Shown here one piece after another: positions 49,656 through 64,000 of a stretch of DNA of 64,000 nucleotides (within the stretch, counting starts at the first letter, position 1; every line of letters starts with the position of its first letter). The stretch comes from Mobula hypostoma (Eukaryota). The notes beneath the pieces were generated by a model that was not told the origin of the DNA, did no database searches, and saw only the letters and a program-made list of their open reading frames with translations. A program made the position numbers and the translations under genes. The DNA lies in the NCBI RefSeq assembly GCF_963921235.1, contig NC_086108.1, positions 104,410,001 through 104,474,000 of the forward strand, given 5' to 3'.

Positions 49656-50504
49656 TACTTTTACGTAGAATTTGTTTTATTTATCGCCAGTAACTGAGAA
49701 CACAATTCAGGCACTTGATGGAAATTAATTTCCAGAGCTCGGGAGGAAAACTGGAGAATGGGACTGATTGAGGTAGTATTGCCTCAATGGTTGACTGTCT
49801 TTCTGCTGTGCCTCAAAACCTCTGTGTTTTGCTTCACGAGCTGTCTGGTGCTGAATCTAGACGGTAAGATCTGGGATGGGTTGAATTGTCAATACAGTTG
49901 GACAAAATTTCCATTTCGGTTGGAAAAACTGTTAAAGGCAATGAAGGTAATTGACAGCAGGGGTAGGAATAATTTGTATCAGTGCAAGAGTGATGAAGAA
50001 GGCCTATCCTCCCACATTCTAAAGATGTACGGGGTTGTGTTGGTCTGTTGTAGGCATGGTATCTTGGCACTTGAAAAGTGGCGACACTCATGGGCTACCC
50101 CCAGCATATTCTCGGACTGTGCAAACAATGCATTTGACTGTAAGTTGGAATGGGTGCAGAGAAGATCCACAAGGATTTTTCTGGGACTGGCTTGATTATA
50201 AACAGAGGCTGGATAATTACTTATTTAAGCTCAACGTCCCTACTGGGGCATAGACCGCCGACAGCAGCTCACCAGGTTCCTTTGTCCAGGGCCAGTCTCA
50301 CAAGTTGTCCCCAGTTGTAGACCCCCTTCGAAGATCCTTCCTCTCCCAGGGATGAGGTGTTTGGAGCTTCTTTTGGCATTGCTGTAGTTCTGGGATTGTT
50401 ACATGTCGCTAGCTGCACGCCCAAACCCCCTCCTTTCACAGTCATGCGTGGGACCGCCCATGGCGGACTGACCAGAGACTGGATAGGCTGGGTGATGAAT
50501 GAGG

Positions 50505-52385
50505 TTCTTAAGTTCAAAGTTCAAAAAAGGTCAACGTTCAACGTAAAAATTATATTATCGGAGTACATACATGTCATCACATACAACCCTGAGATTCTTT
50601 TTCCTGTGGGCATACTCAGCAAATCATTGGAACAGTAACTGTAGACAGGATCAATGAACAACAATCTGTCCAAATGCAAATATGAATAAATAGCAATAAA
50701 TGAAATGATAGAGCATGAAGTAACGTGATAAAGCGTCCTTAAATTGTGACCATTGGCGGTGGGAACACCAGAAATAGGAGTGTAGTTATCCCCTTTTGTT
50801 CAGGAGCCTGATGATTGAGGGGTAGTAACTGTTCTTCAACCTGGTGGTGCGAGTCCTGAGGCTCTTGTACCTGGTACCTGATGGCAGCAGTGAGAAGAGA
50901 GCATGGCTTGGGTGGTGAGGATCTCTGGTGGATGGATGTTGCTTTCCTATGACAGTGTTTCATGTAGATGTGCTCAATGGTTGGGAGGGCTATACCCGTG
51001 ATGTGCTGGGCCGAATCCACTACCTTTTGCAGGATGTTTCAGGTGTACCGTTACCTAACATCTGTCCGACAACAAACCCAGGTATATGTGGCTGAGCATC
51101 AAAAATATGACTGACTGTTCAAGGAAAAACAGTGCTGATTGTAGTAGTGACACCTCCCTCCTCAACCGCCTGAACAACCTCTATGCTCACTTTGAGGCTT
51201 GCAACACAATGCCAGACATGGAAGCTAGCTCCCTCCCAGGTGAGCAGCCATTGTGTGTAACAGCAGGAGACTTGAAGTAGTTAGCAAAGAGGTAACTCCC
51301 ATAAAGCTGTTGGGCCAGGCAGCATCTCAGGCCGAGTACTCGGTGTGCACATCAGCTTACTGACGTCTCCGCGGACACCTTCCAACACTTCACTCATCCA
51401 GGCTGCTGTCCCCGCGTGCCTCAGGTGTACCAAAGAACTCTACACCTTCAGAACTAAACAACCATTGCCCGGTGGCACTGACACCAATCATCATGAAGTG
51501 CTTTGAATGTCACATATCAAAACCCCATCCCTGCCACATTGGACACTGGACAATATGCTTACCGAAAGAACCGCACCATGACAAATGCCATAGGATGCGT
51601 CATACACCTGGCCCTAATGCCTCTAGAAAATAAGGACACTTATGTCAGAATGCTGGTTCTGGATTTCAATTTGGCATTCAGCACTATTGACCGTGGTGAA
51701 CAAATTCCTGCTCCTCAGTCCAAATACACCTCTGGGCAACTAGATATTGGATTTCCTAACTAACAGACTTCAGAATCAGGATGCAGACCCATTCCTCCCT
51801 CCCCATAATCCTCTGCATGTTGCCCCCTCCCTGGGCTGTGTACTGGGCCCATTGCTGTACACTCTGGTCATGTCAGCACAGCCAAACATCTGAGTGTCAA
51901 GTTCGCTGATGACACGACAGTGGTGGGGCTCATCACCAATAACGATCATATGGTCTACAGAGAGGAAGGCAAGTAACCTCTTCCACAATATCAGCGAGAC
52001 GGTTATCGGCTTCAGGAGAATTTGCACCATTCACACCCCTCTTTACATCAGTGGCACAGCAGTGGAAGCTGCGAGCTGTTTCAAAACTCTTGTGAGCAAA
52101 CCTCTCATGGTCACAGAACACATTTGACACAGTAAAGAAAGCTCAACAACACTGCTGCTTTCTGAGGAGGCTGAAGAGGGCCTCGCCTACAGATGTGCAG
52201 TAGAGAGCATCCTAACAATCTGCATCACTGCATGGTACCAGAAGGCTCTATAACTGGTAGACAAAACTGCCAACGCAACACTGGAACCAGCCTATTTACC
52301 ATCAAGGACATGTATACAGAAAGGTGCCAGAAAAAAAAGCCTGTACCCACCCACCGTGTTCATAGACTGTTTGTCCCACTCCCAT
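50505..52385. mobile_element. Rex1/Babar-like LINE fragments (50505-51035 minus; ~51060-52385 plus)
   Basis: [50 protein letters not shown]. Confidence 0.75.
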
Positions 52386-55300
52386 AGAGTCATAGAGAAG
52401 TACAGAACAGAGACAGACCCTTCATCCCATCTAGTCAATACCAAAACCAATTAAACTGCCTATTCCCAGCGACCTGCACTGGGACGATAGCCCTCCATGT
52501 CCCTACTATTCATGTATCTATCCAAACTTCTCTGAAATGTTGAAATCGAGCTTGCATGCACCACTTGTGCTGGCAGCTTGTTCCACACTCTCATGACCCT
52601 CTGAGTGAAGAAGTTTCTCCTCATGTTCCCCTTAAACTTCTCACCTTTTACCCTTGACCCATGACCTCTGGTTGTCCCACCCAACCTTAGTGGAAAAAGT
52701 CTGCTTGCATTTACCCTATCTATACCCCTCATAATTTTGTATACCTTTATCAAATCTCCTCTCAGTCTGCTACTTTCTAAAGAATACAGTCAGAATGTAT
52801 TCAGCCTTTCCTTATAACTCAGGTCCTCCAGACCTGGCAACGTCCTTGTAAATTTTCTGTTCTCTTTCAGCCTTGTGAAATCCCCCTTTTCGGGGCGTCG
52901 CTAGAATGACTCGTTAGCCCCTCGCTAACAGCTACCAGACTCATTGCCAAGAAGCCCCTGGCTTTGTATGTCTAGGCTGTATATGACTCCGGTCCCGCCA
53001 AATCCATGGGATTGGGATGTCTCGCCCACCCAAACCCGGCTTGTGTAAACGCTGTGTGATTTACTGCCCTGTTACAGCCAGTCGACAGGAACTAACAGAT
53101 TGCATACAATTATAAAGAATTATATTTGTGAACGTTAAATTAAGTAAAGGGCTAGTAAAGAAACGAAAGGAAAAAAACAAAAAGAGCCTATTATAATTAA
53201 ACAGTCACATGTGCACAGGCTAGAGCTCAAATCTTCCAAAAGCCATATTCACCAATCCTCGGCAGCCTCCCGTGCCTTGGTTCCATCAAATTGTATGTCC
53301 CACTGGATCGAATCCTATGATCAGTTCTCTCCAGCGTCTTCTCTGTCTCTCTCTCCCGCTGCGCAAAGACCAAGACCCACCTTCGTGCCCCTCACAAAAC
53401 CTCTTCACCTGAAACCTTCTCTCGGTTCCACCATCCTAATTCGATGACACACATTCCTAAGCATCCCTTATCTTCAACAGTAACCCAAACAAGCTGAATG
53501 CAGAAGATGGCACTTTCAGAACTGCTAAAATGAAACACCTACAGCACAGCAGTAAAATTGTGAACCAGGGTGTTACACTTGTTTACATCTTTTCTGTAGG
53601 TAGGTGGCCAAAACTGCACACGATACTCCAAATTAGGCCTTACCAGTGCCTTGTACAACTTCAACATAACATTCCATCTCCTGTACTCAATGCATTGATT
53701 TATGAAGGCCAATGTTCCAAAAGCTCTACTTATGACCCCATCTATCTGTCATTCCACTTTCAATAAATTATAGACCTGTATTCCCAGATCCCTTTGTTCT
53801 ACAACACTCCTCAGTGCCATACCATTCGCTGTGTAAAACTTACCCTGGTTGGTCCAACCAAAGTGCAAAACCTCTCAATTAGCTGCATTAAATTCCATCT
53901 GCCATTTTTTGGCCTACTTGTTGAGCTGCTGCAGCTCCCTCTGCAAGCCATGATAGCCTTCCTCACTGTCCACTACACCCTAGTCTTGGTGTCATCCGCA
54001 CATTTGCTGATCCACTTAACCATATTATCATCCAGATCACTGATATAGATGACAAACAACAATGGACCCAGGACCGATCCTTGCAGCACTCCACTAGTCA
54101 CTGACCACTCTGACTTCTCCCACAAAGCCAATGTCTAATCCAGTTTACTACCTCATCGTGAATGCTGAGTAACTGAATCTTCTTGACCAACCTCCCATAT
54201 GGGACCTTGTCAAATGCCTTGCTAAAGTCCATGTAGACAATATCCACTGCCTTGCCTTCATCCACATACCTGGTAGCTTCCTCAAATATCTCTATAAGAT
54301 TGGTTAAACATGATCTACCATGCACAAAGCCATGTTAACTATCCTTAATCAGTCCATGTCTTGTATATCTGGTCCCTTAGAATACCTTCCAATAACTTTC
54401 CCACAACTGATGTCAGACTCACTGGCCTGTAACTTCCTGGTTTATGTTTAGAACCTTTTTTAAACAGTGGAACAAGATTGGCTATCCTCCAAACCTCTGG
54501 TACCTCTCCTGTAGCCAAGGATGATTTAAATATTTCTGCTAGGGCCCAGGCAATTTCTGCACTTGCCTCCCACTGGGTATGAGGGAATACCTTGTCAGGC
54601 CCTAGTGATTTATCCACCCTGAATTGCCTCAGGGTAGCAAGCACGTCCTCCTCTGTAATCTGTACAGGGCCCATAAAATTGATGCTGTAGACTCTATAGA
54701 CTCAGTATTCATCTCCTGAGTAAATACAAATGCAAAGAATTCATTTAAGATCTCCCCCATCTGTTTTGGCTCCACACATGAATCACCATCCTAGTCTTCC
54801 AGAGTTCCAATTTTGTCCCTAGCAATCCTTTTGCTCTTAACGTATCTGTAGAATCCTTTAGGATTCTCCTTCACCTTGTCTGTTCGAGAAACTCCGTGCC
54901 TTCCTTTAGCCTTCCTAGTTTCTTTCTTAAATGTTCTCTTGCATTTCTTGTACTCCATGAGCACCTCATTTGTTCCTCCCTACTTATTCTTGCTATGCAC
55001 CTCCTTTTTTCTTTTTCTTTTTTAATTCTGACAGGCACAGTCAAGCTTTGTATTCTCAAAATTTCACTTTTGAAGGCCTCCCATTTGCCAGAAAAGAGCT
55101 TGTCACAATCCACACTTGCCAGATCACTGCTGATACCATCAAAGTTGTCTTTCCTCCAATTTAGAATCTCAACCCACAGACCAGACCTTTCTTTTTGTAT
55201 ATTTACTTTGAAACTAATGGCTTTGTGGTGGCTGGATGCAAAGTGTTCCCCTGCACAAAGTTCTGCCTCCTGCCTTGTCTCATTCCCTGATAGCAGATCA

Positions 55301-55680
55301 AGTATCACATGCTGTTTTGTTGGGCCTTCTATGTACTGATGAAGGAAACTTTCCTGAACACATATGACAAACTCTATCCAATCTAATCCTTTAGCAGTAT
55401 GGGATTCCCAGTCAATATGTGGAAAGTTAAAATTTCCTACGATAACAACCTTGTGTTTCTTGCAACAATTTGTGATCTCTTGATAAATGTGTTTCTCTAA
55501 ATCCCTCGGACAATTGGGTAGTCTGTAATATAGCCCCATTAATGTGATCATACCTTTCTTATTTCTGAGTTCTACACATAAGGCCTCACTAGTTGAGTTC
55601 TCCAGTCTGTCCTGATGAGGTGCTGCCGTGACATTTTCCCTGACTAGGAATGCCACCACCGCTCCTTCAATCCCTCCCAC
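52385..55680 (-). mobile_element. Decayed CR1 ORF2, interrupted by the solo LTR at 52876-53577
   Basis: [38 protein letters not shown]. Confidence 0.85.
52876..53577 (-). mobile_element. Solo LTR (Gypsy-like)
   Basis: TG...GTTACA termini and 4-bp TSD CTTG (52872-52875, 53578-53581); interrupts the CR1 cleanly. Confidence 0.75.
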
Positions 55681-55704
55681 TCGATAGTGAAATGATCATC
55701 TTGC

Positions 55705-57830
55705 ATAAGACCACAAGACATAGGAGCAAAATGAGGCCAAACAGCCCATCTAGTCTGCTCCACCATTCCATCATGGCTGATCCCGGATCCCACTCAACCC
55801 CATACACCTGCCTTCTCTCCATATCCTTTGATGCCCTGACCAATTACAAAATTGTCAACTTCTGCTTTAAACATACCCACAGACTTGGCCTCCACCGCAG
55901 TCTGAGGCCGAGCATTCCACAGATTCACTACTCTCTGGCTAAAAAATTCCTCCCTACCTCCCTTCTAAAAGGCCACCCCTTAATTCTGAAGTTGTGCCCT
56001 CTGATTCTTGGTACCTCCACCGTAGGAAACATCCTCTCCACATTCACCTTATCTAGTCCTTTCAACATTTGGTAGGTTTCAATGAGATTCCCCCCTGCAT
56101 TCTTCTAAATTCCAATCAATACAAAAACCAAAGGTACCAAACACTCCTCATATGTTAACCCCATTCAATCCCGGAATTATCCTCGTGAACCCCCCCCCTC
56201 TGGACTCTCCATTGACTTCACATCCTTTCAGAGATATTGGGCCCAAAACTGTTGACAGTACTCCAAGAGCGACCTGACTAGTGTCTTATAAAGGCTCAGC
56301 ATTATTTCCTTGCCTTTATATTCTATTCTCCTTGAAATAAATGCCAACATTGCACTTGCCTTCTTTAACACAGACTCATCCTGTAAATTAATCTTCAGGC
56401 AGTCTTGCACGAGGACCCCTAGGTTGCTTTTCACCTCTGACGTTTGAATTTTCTCCCCATTTAGATAATAGTCTGCACTGTTGTTCCTTTTAACAAAATG
56501 CATTACCATGCATTTCCAGGGAAGGTAGGGAGACCTGCCATGTCCCTGACGACTACAACTGCAAGAAGCGCATCCAACTGCAGCTTCTAACAACCTGCGT
56601 TAGGGAGTTGCAGCTGGAATAGAATGAACTCCAGATCATTTGCGAGTCTGAAGGGGTCATAGATAGGATATAGAGAGAGGTAGTTACACCCAAGGTGCAG
56701 GACACAGGAACCTGGGCGACAGGAGGGGGAAACTGGTTAAGGAGCCAGTGCAGAGTATCCCTGTGGCCATCCCCTCAACAACAGGTTTATCACTGGATAT
56801 TACTGGAGGGTTTACATAACACAGGAAAGTCACAGTGGTCAGGTCTCTGGCACTGAGTCCGGCTCTGTGACTCAGGAAGGTGGGTGGGGGGAAAGAAGAG
56901 GTATAGCGTGGTGATAAGGGACTTATTACAGGAACAGACAGGAGGTTATGTGGGCGAGAATGAGATTCCTGGATGGTATGTTGCCTCCTGGGTGCCGGGG
57001 TCTAGGACATCTCAGATTGAGTCCACGCCATCCTTAAATGGGAGGGTGAACAGCCAGAGTTCATGGTCTGTGTAGGACATGGGTAGGACAAGTGACAATG
57101 TTCTGCATAGGGAGTTCAGGGAGTTGGGTGCTAAGTTAAAAGGCAGGACTTCCATAGTTGTGATCTCAGGATTGCTACCCCTGCCACGTGCTAGTGAGGC
57201 CAGAACTAGGCAGATCATACAGTTTAATATGTGGCTAAGGAGTTGGTGTAGGAAGGAGGGCACAAGATTTTTGGATCATTGGGCTCTCTTCCAGGGAAGG
57301 TGGGACCTATACAGAAGGGACGGTTTGCACATGAACTGGAGGGTGACTAATATCCTAGCAGGAAGGTTTGTTAATGCTTCACGGTGGGGTTTAAACTAGA
57401 GTTGTAGGGGGTGGGAACTAGAATGCCAGAACAGTTTGTGGAGAGGTTGTGGAGGCAGATGTTGGTGAGACCTCAAAGTTAGGAATCAAAAGGTTGAGCA
57501 TGGTGCGGCTAGTGTCCTGAGCTGTGTATATTTTAATGCAAGAAGTGTCGTAGGAAAGGCAGATTATAGTGCTGAAGATGAGGTAGCTTGTTTACAACCA
57601 GAGGCAGTGAGTAGTGAAGACAGACTGTTGATACGGCAAAACTACAGTCAACAGGATGAATTGCAATGTAAAAGGTGGAAAAAATCAAAAAAGGTGAATA
57701 CAGGACTGAAAGTGCACACAGTATATGGAATGAGGTAGTTGAACTTGTAGCACAGTTGCAGATTGGCGTGTGTGATGTTGAAGGTATCACTGAATCACAG
57801 CTGAAAGAAGATTATAACTGGGAGCTTAAT
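55705..57830. mobile_element. CR1 3' fragment (55705-56518 minus) abutting a CR1 ORF1/ORF2 start (56518-57830 plus)
   Basis: MVMHFVKRNNSADYYLNG; RELGAKLKGRTS..SGLLP..FLDHW..DGLH. Confidence 0.8.
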
Positions 57831-60745
57831 AAGACCATAAGACAAAGGAGCAGAAGTAGGCCATTCGGCCCATCGAGTCTGCTCCACCATTTTATCATGA
57901 GCTGATCCATTCTCCTATTTAGTCCCACTCCCCCGCCTTCTCACCATAACCTTTGATGCCCTGGCTACTCAGATACCTATCAATCTCTGCCTTAAATACA
58001 CCCAATGATTTGGCCTCCACTGCTGCCCGTGGCAACAAATTCCATAGATTCACCACCCTCTGACTAAAAAATTTCTTTGCATTTCTGTTCTGAATGGGCG
58101 CCCTTCAATCCTTAAGTCATACCCTCTCGTACTAGACTCCCCCATCATGGGAAACAACTTTGCCACATCCACTCTGTCCATGCCTTTTAACATTCGAAAT
58201 GTTTCTATGAGGTCTCCCCTCATTCTTCTAAACTCCAAGGAATACAGTCCAAGAGTGGACAAATGTTCCTCATATGTTAACCCTCTCATTCCTGGAATCA
58301 TTCTAGTGAATCTTCTCTGTACCCTCTCCAACGTCAGCACATCCTTTCTTAAATAAGGAGACCAAAACTGCCCACAGTACTCCAAGTGAGGTCTCACCAG
58401 CACCTTATAGAGCCTCAACATCACATCCCTGCTCCTATACTCTATTCCTCTAGAAATGCATGCCAATATTGTATTCGCCTTCTTCACTACTGACTCAACC
58501 TGGAGGTTAACTTTAAGGGTATCCTGTACGAGGACTCCCAAGTCCCGTTGCATCTCAGAACTTTGAATTCTTTCCCCATTTAACTAATAGTCTGCCCGTT
58601 TATTTTTTCTGCCAAAGTGCATAACCATACACTTTCCAACATTGTACTTCATTTGCCACTTCTCTGCCCATTCTTCCAATCTATCCAAGTCTCTCTGCAG
58701 ACTCTCCGTTTCCTCAACACTACTGGCCCCTCCACCTATCTTCGTATCATCAGCAAACTTAGTCACAAAGCCATCTATTCCATAATCCAAATCGTTGATG
58801 TACAATGTAAAAAGAAGTGGCCCCAACACTGATCCCTGTGGAACACCACTGGTAACCGGCAGCCAACCAGAATAGGATCCCTTTATTCCCTGCCAATCAG
58901 CCAATGCTCTATCCATGTATGTAACTTTCCCATAATTCCATGGGCTTTTATCTTGTTAAGTAGCCTCATGTGTGGCACCTTGTCAAAGGCCTTCTGAAAA
59001 TCCAAATATACAACATCCACTACATCTCCGTTGTCTAGCCTACTGGTAATTTCCTCAAAAAATTGTAATAGGTTTGTCAGGCAGGATTTTCCTTCAAGGA
59101 ATCCATGCTGAGTTCTGCCTATCTTGTCATATGCCTCCAGGTACTCTGTAACCTCATCCTTGACAATCGACTCCAACAACTTCCCAACCACCGATGTCAA
59201 GCTAACAGGTCTATAATTTCCTTTTTGCTTCCTTGCCCCCTTCTTAAATAGCGGAGTGACATTTGCAATCTTCCAGTCTTCCGGAACCATGCCAGAATCT
59301 ATCGATTTTTGAAAGATCATCGCTAATGCCTCCGCAATCTCCGCAGCTACTTCCTTCAGAACACGAGGGTGCATTCCATCTGGTCCGGGAGATTTATCTA
59401 CCTTTAGCCTATTCAGCTTCCTGAGTACTTTCTCTGTTGTAATTGTGACTGCGCACACTTCTCTTCCCTGCCACCCTTGAGTGTCCGGTATACTGCTGAT
59501 GTCTTCCTCAGTGAAGACTGATGCAAAATACTCGTTCAATTCCTCTGCCATCTCCTTATTTCCCATTACAATTTCTCCAGCATCATTTTCTATCAGTCCT
59601 ATATCTACTCTCACCTGTCTTTTACTCTTTATATACTTGAAAAAGCTTTTAGTATCCTCTTTGATATTATTTGCTAGCTTCCTTTCATAGTTAATCTTTT
59701 CTCTCTTAATGACCTTCTTGGTTTCCTTTTGTAAGGTTTTAAAAATTTCCCAATCCTCTGTCTTCCCACTAATTTTTGCTTCCTTGTATGCCCTCTCCTT
59801 TGCTTTAACTTTGGCTTTGACTTCTCTTGTCAACCACGGTTGCATCCTTTTTCCACTCGAAAATTTCTTCTTTTTTGGGATATACCTGTCTTGCACATTC
59901 CTCATTTCTCGCATAAACTCCAGCCACTGCTGCTCTGCTGTCTTTCCCGCCAGTGTCCCTTTCCAGTCAACTTTGGCCAGTTCCTCTCTCATGCCACTGT
60001 AATTTCCTTTACTCCACTGAAATACCGACACATCAGATTTCAGCTTCTCTTTTTCTAATTTCACAGTGAACTCAATCATGTTATGATCACTGCCTCCTAA
60101 GGGTTTCTTCACCTCAATCTCTCTAATCACCTCTGGTTCATTACACAATACCCAATCCAGTACAGCCGATCCCCTAGTGGGCTCAACAACAAGCTGTTCT
60201 AAAAAGCCATCTCACTGACTTTCTACAAATTCTCTCTCTTGAGATCCAGTGCTGACCTGATTTTCCCAATCTACTCGCATGTTAAAATCCCCCACAATTA
60301 TCATAACACTGCCCTTCTGACAAGCCTTTTCTATTTCCAGTTGTAATTTGTAGTCCACATCCCTGCAGCTGTTTGGAGGCCTATAAATAACTGCCATCAG
60401 GGTCCTTTTACCCCTGCTATTTCTTAGCTCAACCCATAAAGATTCTGCACCTTCTGATCCTATATCACCTCTTTCTAATGATTTAATACCATTTCTTACC
60501 AATAAAGCCACGCCTCCCCCTCTGCCTACCTTCCTATCCTTCCGATACACTGTGTATCCTTGGACGTTCAGCTCCCAGAAACATGCATCCTTTAGCCACG
60601 TCTCAGTGATGGCCACAATATCATACCTGCCAATCTGTAGCTGTACAACAAGATCATCCACCTTATTCCTTATGCTGCGTGCATTAAAAGTACAACACCT
60701 TAAGACCACTATTTGATACTTTTTGCTTTGATTTCACTGCAACTC
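57830..60745 (-). mobile_element. CR1 ORF2 plus 3' end, sister copy of the broken CR1 (12985-19625 and 19967-20735)
   Basis: ORFs 60212-60709, 58883-60148, 58584-58916 and 58050-58553 are near-identical to 12861-15164 and 20008-20643. Confidence 0.92.
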
Positions 60746-63700
60746 ATCCTTGGCTTTATAGAGCAGTTCGTGGTTGAGCCTAAGAGAGGATCAGCTATTC
60801 TGGGTTGGGTGTTCTGCAATGAACCAGAATTGATTTTAAGAGCTTAAGGTAAAAGAACTCTAAGGGGATTGTGATCATAATACGATCAAATTCATCCTGA
60901 AATTTGAGTAGGAGAAGCTAAAGACAGATGTATCGGTATTACAGTGGAGTAAAGGGGATTACAAAGGCATGAGAGAGAAGTTGACCGGGATTGATTGAAA
61001 AGGAACATTGGCAGGGGTGACGGCAGAGCAGCAGACACTGGAATTTCTGGAAGCAATTCGAAAGGCACAGGATATATACATCCCAAAGTGGAAGAAGTAT
61101 TCTAAAAGAAAGATGACATAACCGTAGCTGATGAGAGAAATCAAAGCCAACATTAAAGCCAAAGAGAGGGCATATATTAGGGCAAAAATTAGTGAGAAGT
61201 TAGAGGATTAGGAAGCTTTTAGAAACCAACAGAAGGCAGCTAAAGAAATCATTAAGAAGGTAAAGATGGGATTATACAAGTAAGCTAGCTAATAATATTA
61301 AAGGGGATACTAAAAGTTTTTTCAGATACATGAAGTATAAAAGGGAGGTGAAAGTGGATATTGGATTGCTGGAAAACGATGCTGGAGAGATAGTAATGGT
61401 GGCCAAGGAAATGGTGTATCAAACTGAATAAATATCTTGCATCAGTCTTCACTGTGGAAGACACTAGCAGTATGGTGGAAGTCCCTGGCGACGGGGTCAT
61501 GAAGTGTGTGAAGTAACTATTACTAGAGAGAATGTTCTTCAGAAGCTCAAAGGTCTGAAGGTTACCTGGACCAGATGGTGTACACCCCAGGGTTCTGAAA
61601 GAGGTGGCCGAAGAGATTGTGGAGGCATTGGTAATGATCCTTCAAGAATCACTAGATTCTGGAATGTTTCCACAAGACTGGAAGGTTGCAAATGTCACTG
61701 CTCTTCATGAAGGGAGAGAGGCAGAAGAAAGGAAACTATAGTCCAGTTAGTCTGACCTCAGTGGTTGGGAAGATGTTGGAGCTGATTATTAAGGATGCGG
61801 TCTCAAGTTACTTGCAGGCACATGATAAAATAGGTCATAGTCAGCATGGTTTCCTCAAAGGAAAGTTTTGCCTGACAAATCTGTTGGAGTTCTTTAAAGA
61901 AATAAGCAGGAGAATCGGTTGATGTGTATTTGGATTTTCAGAAGGCTTTTGACAAGGTGCCACACATGAGGCTGGGTAACAAGCTATGAGCCTATGGTAT
62001 TATAGGAAAGATTCCAGCATGGATAAAGCAGTGGCTGACTGGCAGGAGGCAAAGAGAGGGAATAAAGGGAGCCTTTTCTGGTTGACTCCCAGTGACTAGC
62101 GGTGTTCCACAGGGGTCTGTATTGGGACAGATTCATTTTACTTTATATGTCAATGATTTGGATGATGGAATTGATGGCTTTGTTGCAAAGTTTGCAGATG
62201 ATATGAAGATATGGAAGCACATGTTGCTTTGAGGAAGTAGAGAGCCTACTGAAGGAGTTAGACAGATTAGGAGAATGGGCAAAGAAATAGCAGATGCAAC
62301 ACTGTGTTGGGAAATGTGTGATCATGCACTTGGGTAGGAGAAATGAAAGAGAAAATACAAAATGGAGAGAAAATACAAAAAATTGAGGTACAAAGGGACT
62401 TACCAGTGCTTGTGCAGGATTCCCTAAAGGTTAATTTGCAGGTTGAGTCTGGTGAGGAAGGCAAATGCAATGTTAGCATTCATTTCAAGAGGACTAGAAT
62501 ATAAAAGCAAGGATGTAATGTTGAGACTTTTTAAAGCACTGGTGAGGCCTCATTTGGAGTATTGTGAGCAGGTTTGGGCCCCTTATCTTAGAAAAGGTGT
62601 GCTGAAACTGGAGAGGGTTCAAAGGAAGTTTATGAAAATAATTCCGGGATTGAATGGCTTGTCACATGAAAAGCATTTGATGGCTCTGGGCCTATATTCA
62701 CTAGAATCCAGAAGAAGGAGGGGTGATCTAATTGAAACCTATCAAATGGTGAAAGGCCTTGATTGAGTGAATGTGGGGAGGATGTTTCCTGTGGTGGGAG
62801 AGTCTAAGACCAGAGGACACATCCTCAGAATATAGGGCATCCTTTTAGAATGGAGATAAGGAGGAATTTCTTCAGCCAGAGAGCGGTGAATCTGTGAAGT
62901 ACTTTGCCACAGGCGTCTATAGAGGCTAAGTCTTTTTGTAGATTTAAGGCAGAGGTTGATGGATTCGTGATTAGTCTGGGAATGAGGGGATATGGGGAGG
63001 AGACAGGAGTTTGGGGCAGAGCGGAAAATTGGATCAGCCATGATGAAATGGCAGAGCAGGCTCGATGGGCTAAACGGCCTAACTCTGCTCCTATATCTTA
63101 TGCACTTATGGGTAGCAATCCTAAGATCACAACCCTGGAGGTCCTGCCCTTTAACCTGGCACCTAATACCCTGAGCTTCTTATGTAGAACCTCGTCACTC
63201 ATCCTACCCATGTCCTCGGTACCTACATGGACCATGGTCTCTGGCTGTTCACCCTCCCACTTAAGAATACTGAGGATTCGATCTGAGATGTCTTGGACCC
63301 TGGCACCCAACAGGCAACATACCATCTGGGAATCTCGTTCTCGCCCAGAAAACCTCCTGTCCACTCCTCTAACAAATGACAGTGTGCCTCTTCTCACCCT
63401 CTTCCCTTCTGAGTCACAGAGCTGGACTCAGTGCCAGAGACCTGACCACTGTGACTTTCCTCTGTTATGTCAAGCCCCGCGACAGAATCTAAAATGATAT
63501 ACCTGTTGTTGGGGGGATGGGCAAAGGGGTACTCTGTACTGGCTCCTTAACTCTTTTCCCCCTCTTGTCACCCAGTTTCCTGTGTCCTGCATCTTGGGTG
63601 TAACAACCCCTCTATATGTCCTACCTACCGCCCCCTCAACTTCCTGAATGATCTGGAGTTCAACTAGTTCCAGCTCCAACTTCTTCACGCGATTGTTAGA

Positions 63701-63900
63701 TATTGCTGTTGTCTTCAGGGACATTAGAGGTCTCCCTGCCTTCCCACATCCCACAGGAGGGGCATTCAACTATTCTGCCTGGCATCTCTACTGTCCTAGA
63801 AGGGAAAAAAAAGTTTACCCGTAGCTTTTTTCTGCTTTCTCTGACTGAAGCCTCGAAGAGCTAAAGCCTCTAGATCACAACTTTTAACTGTCCACTTGGA
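60746..63900. mobile_element. Decayed CR1 ORF2 (60746-63110 plus) followed by a CR1 ORF1/5' remnant (63110-63900 minus)
   Basis: [39 protein letters not shown]. Confidence 0.8.
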
Positions 63901-64000
63901 CCATTACCACTGGGCTTGCCCCGTTCCTTTAATTTTCTCTTGCTAATTATTTCCAAACGTCAGATTATCGGTGGTCAGAGCTCATCTACACAGCTGTGAT

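Noticed and set aside
49758..50195. 145-aa ORF in apparently low-repeat sequence
   Set aside because: It has no recognisable domain or exon signals and ends in CR1-derived LEWVQRR sequence.
50540..50600. KNY-like reading as the missing last IFI44 exon
   Set aside because: It lies in a Rex1-type 3' tail with no proper acceptor or IFI44-like context. No terminal exon was found up to 64000.

Overview
Vertebrate genomic DNA, most likely from a cartilaginous fish (shark or ray). This is inferred from the repeat landscape of CR1, Rex1/Babar, RTE, Penelope, Tc1 and Gypsy-type solo LTRs. The window holds one host gene on the + strand: an interferon-induced protein 44 (IFI44/IFI44L)-like gene encoding a TLDc domain plus a P-loop GTPase-like domain. 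It has a tandem-ISRE, CpG-rich promoter near 7.1 kb, a probable non-coding first exon, and six phase-compatible coding exons (11274-11760, 11851-11890, 32427-32616, 35520-35666, 39969-40125, 49126-49226; 374 codons). The terminal exon was not found and probably lies beyond the window. Most of the remaining sequence is nested transposable elements. Three structures stand out. (1) A ~7 kb intronic inversion (12985-19966) with a Rex1 retroposon at its left breakpoint; it splits one CR1 and one SINE into oppositely oriented halves. (2) A 2.96 kb fold-back Penelope insertion with a 14-bp TSD and a minimal type-I hammerhead ribozyme on each arm. (3) Short palindromic Penelope-end elements. I found no convincing wholly new protein-coding system. 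Nearly all listed ORFs are TE fragments or their antisense shadows. TE boundaries without a stated TSD are approximate.
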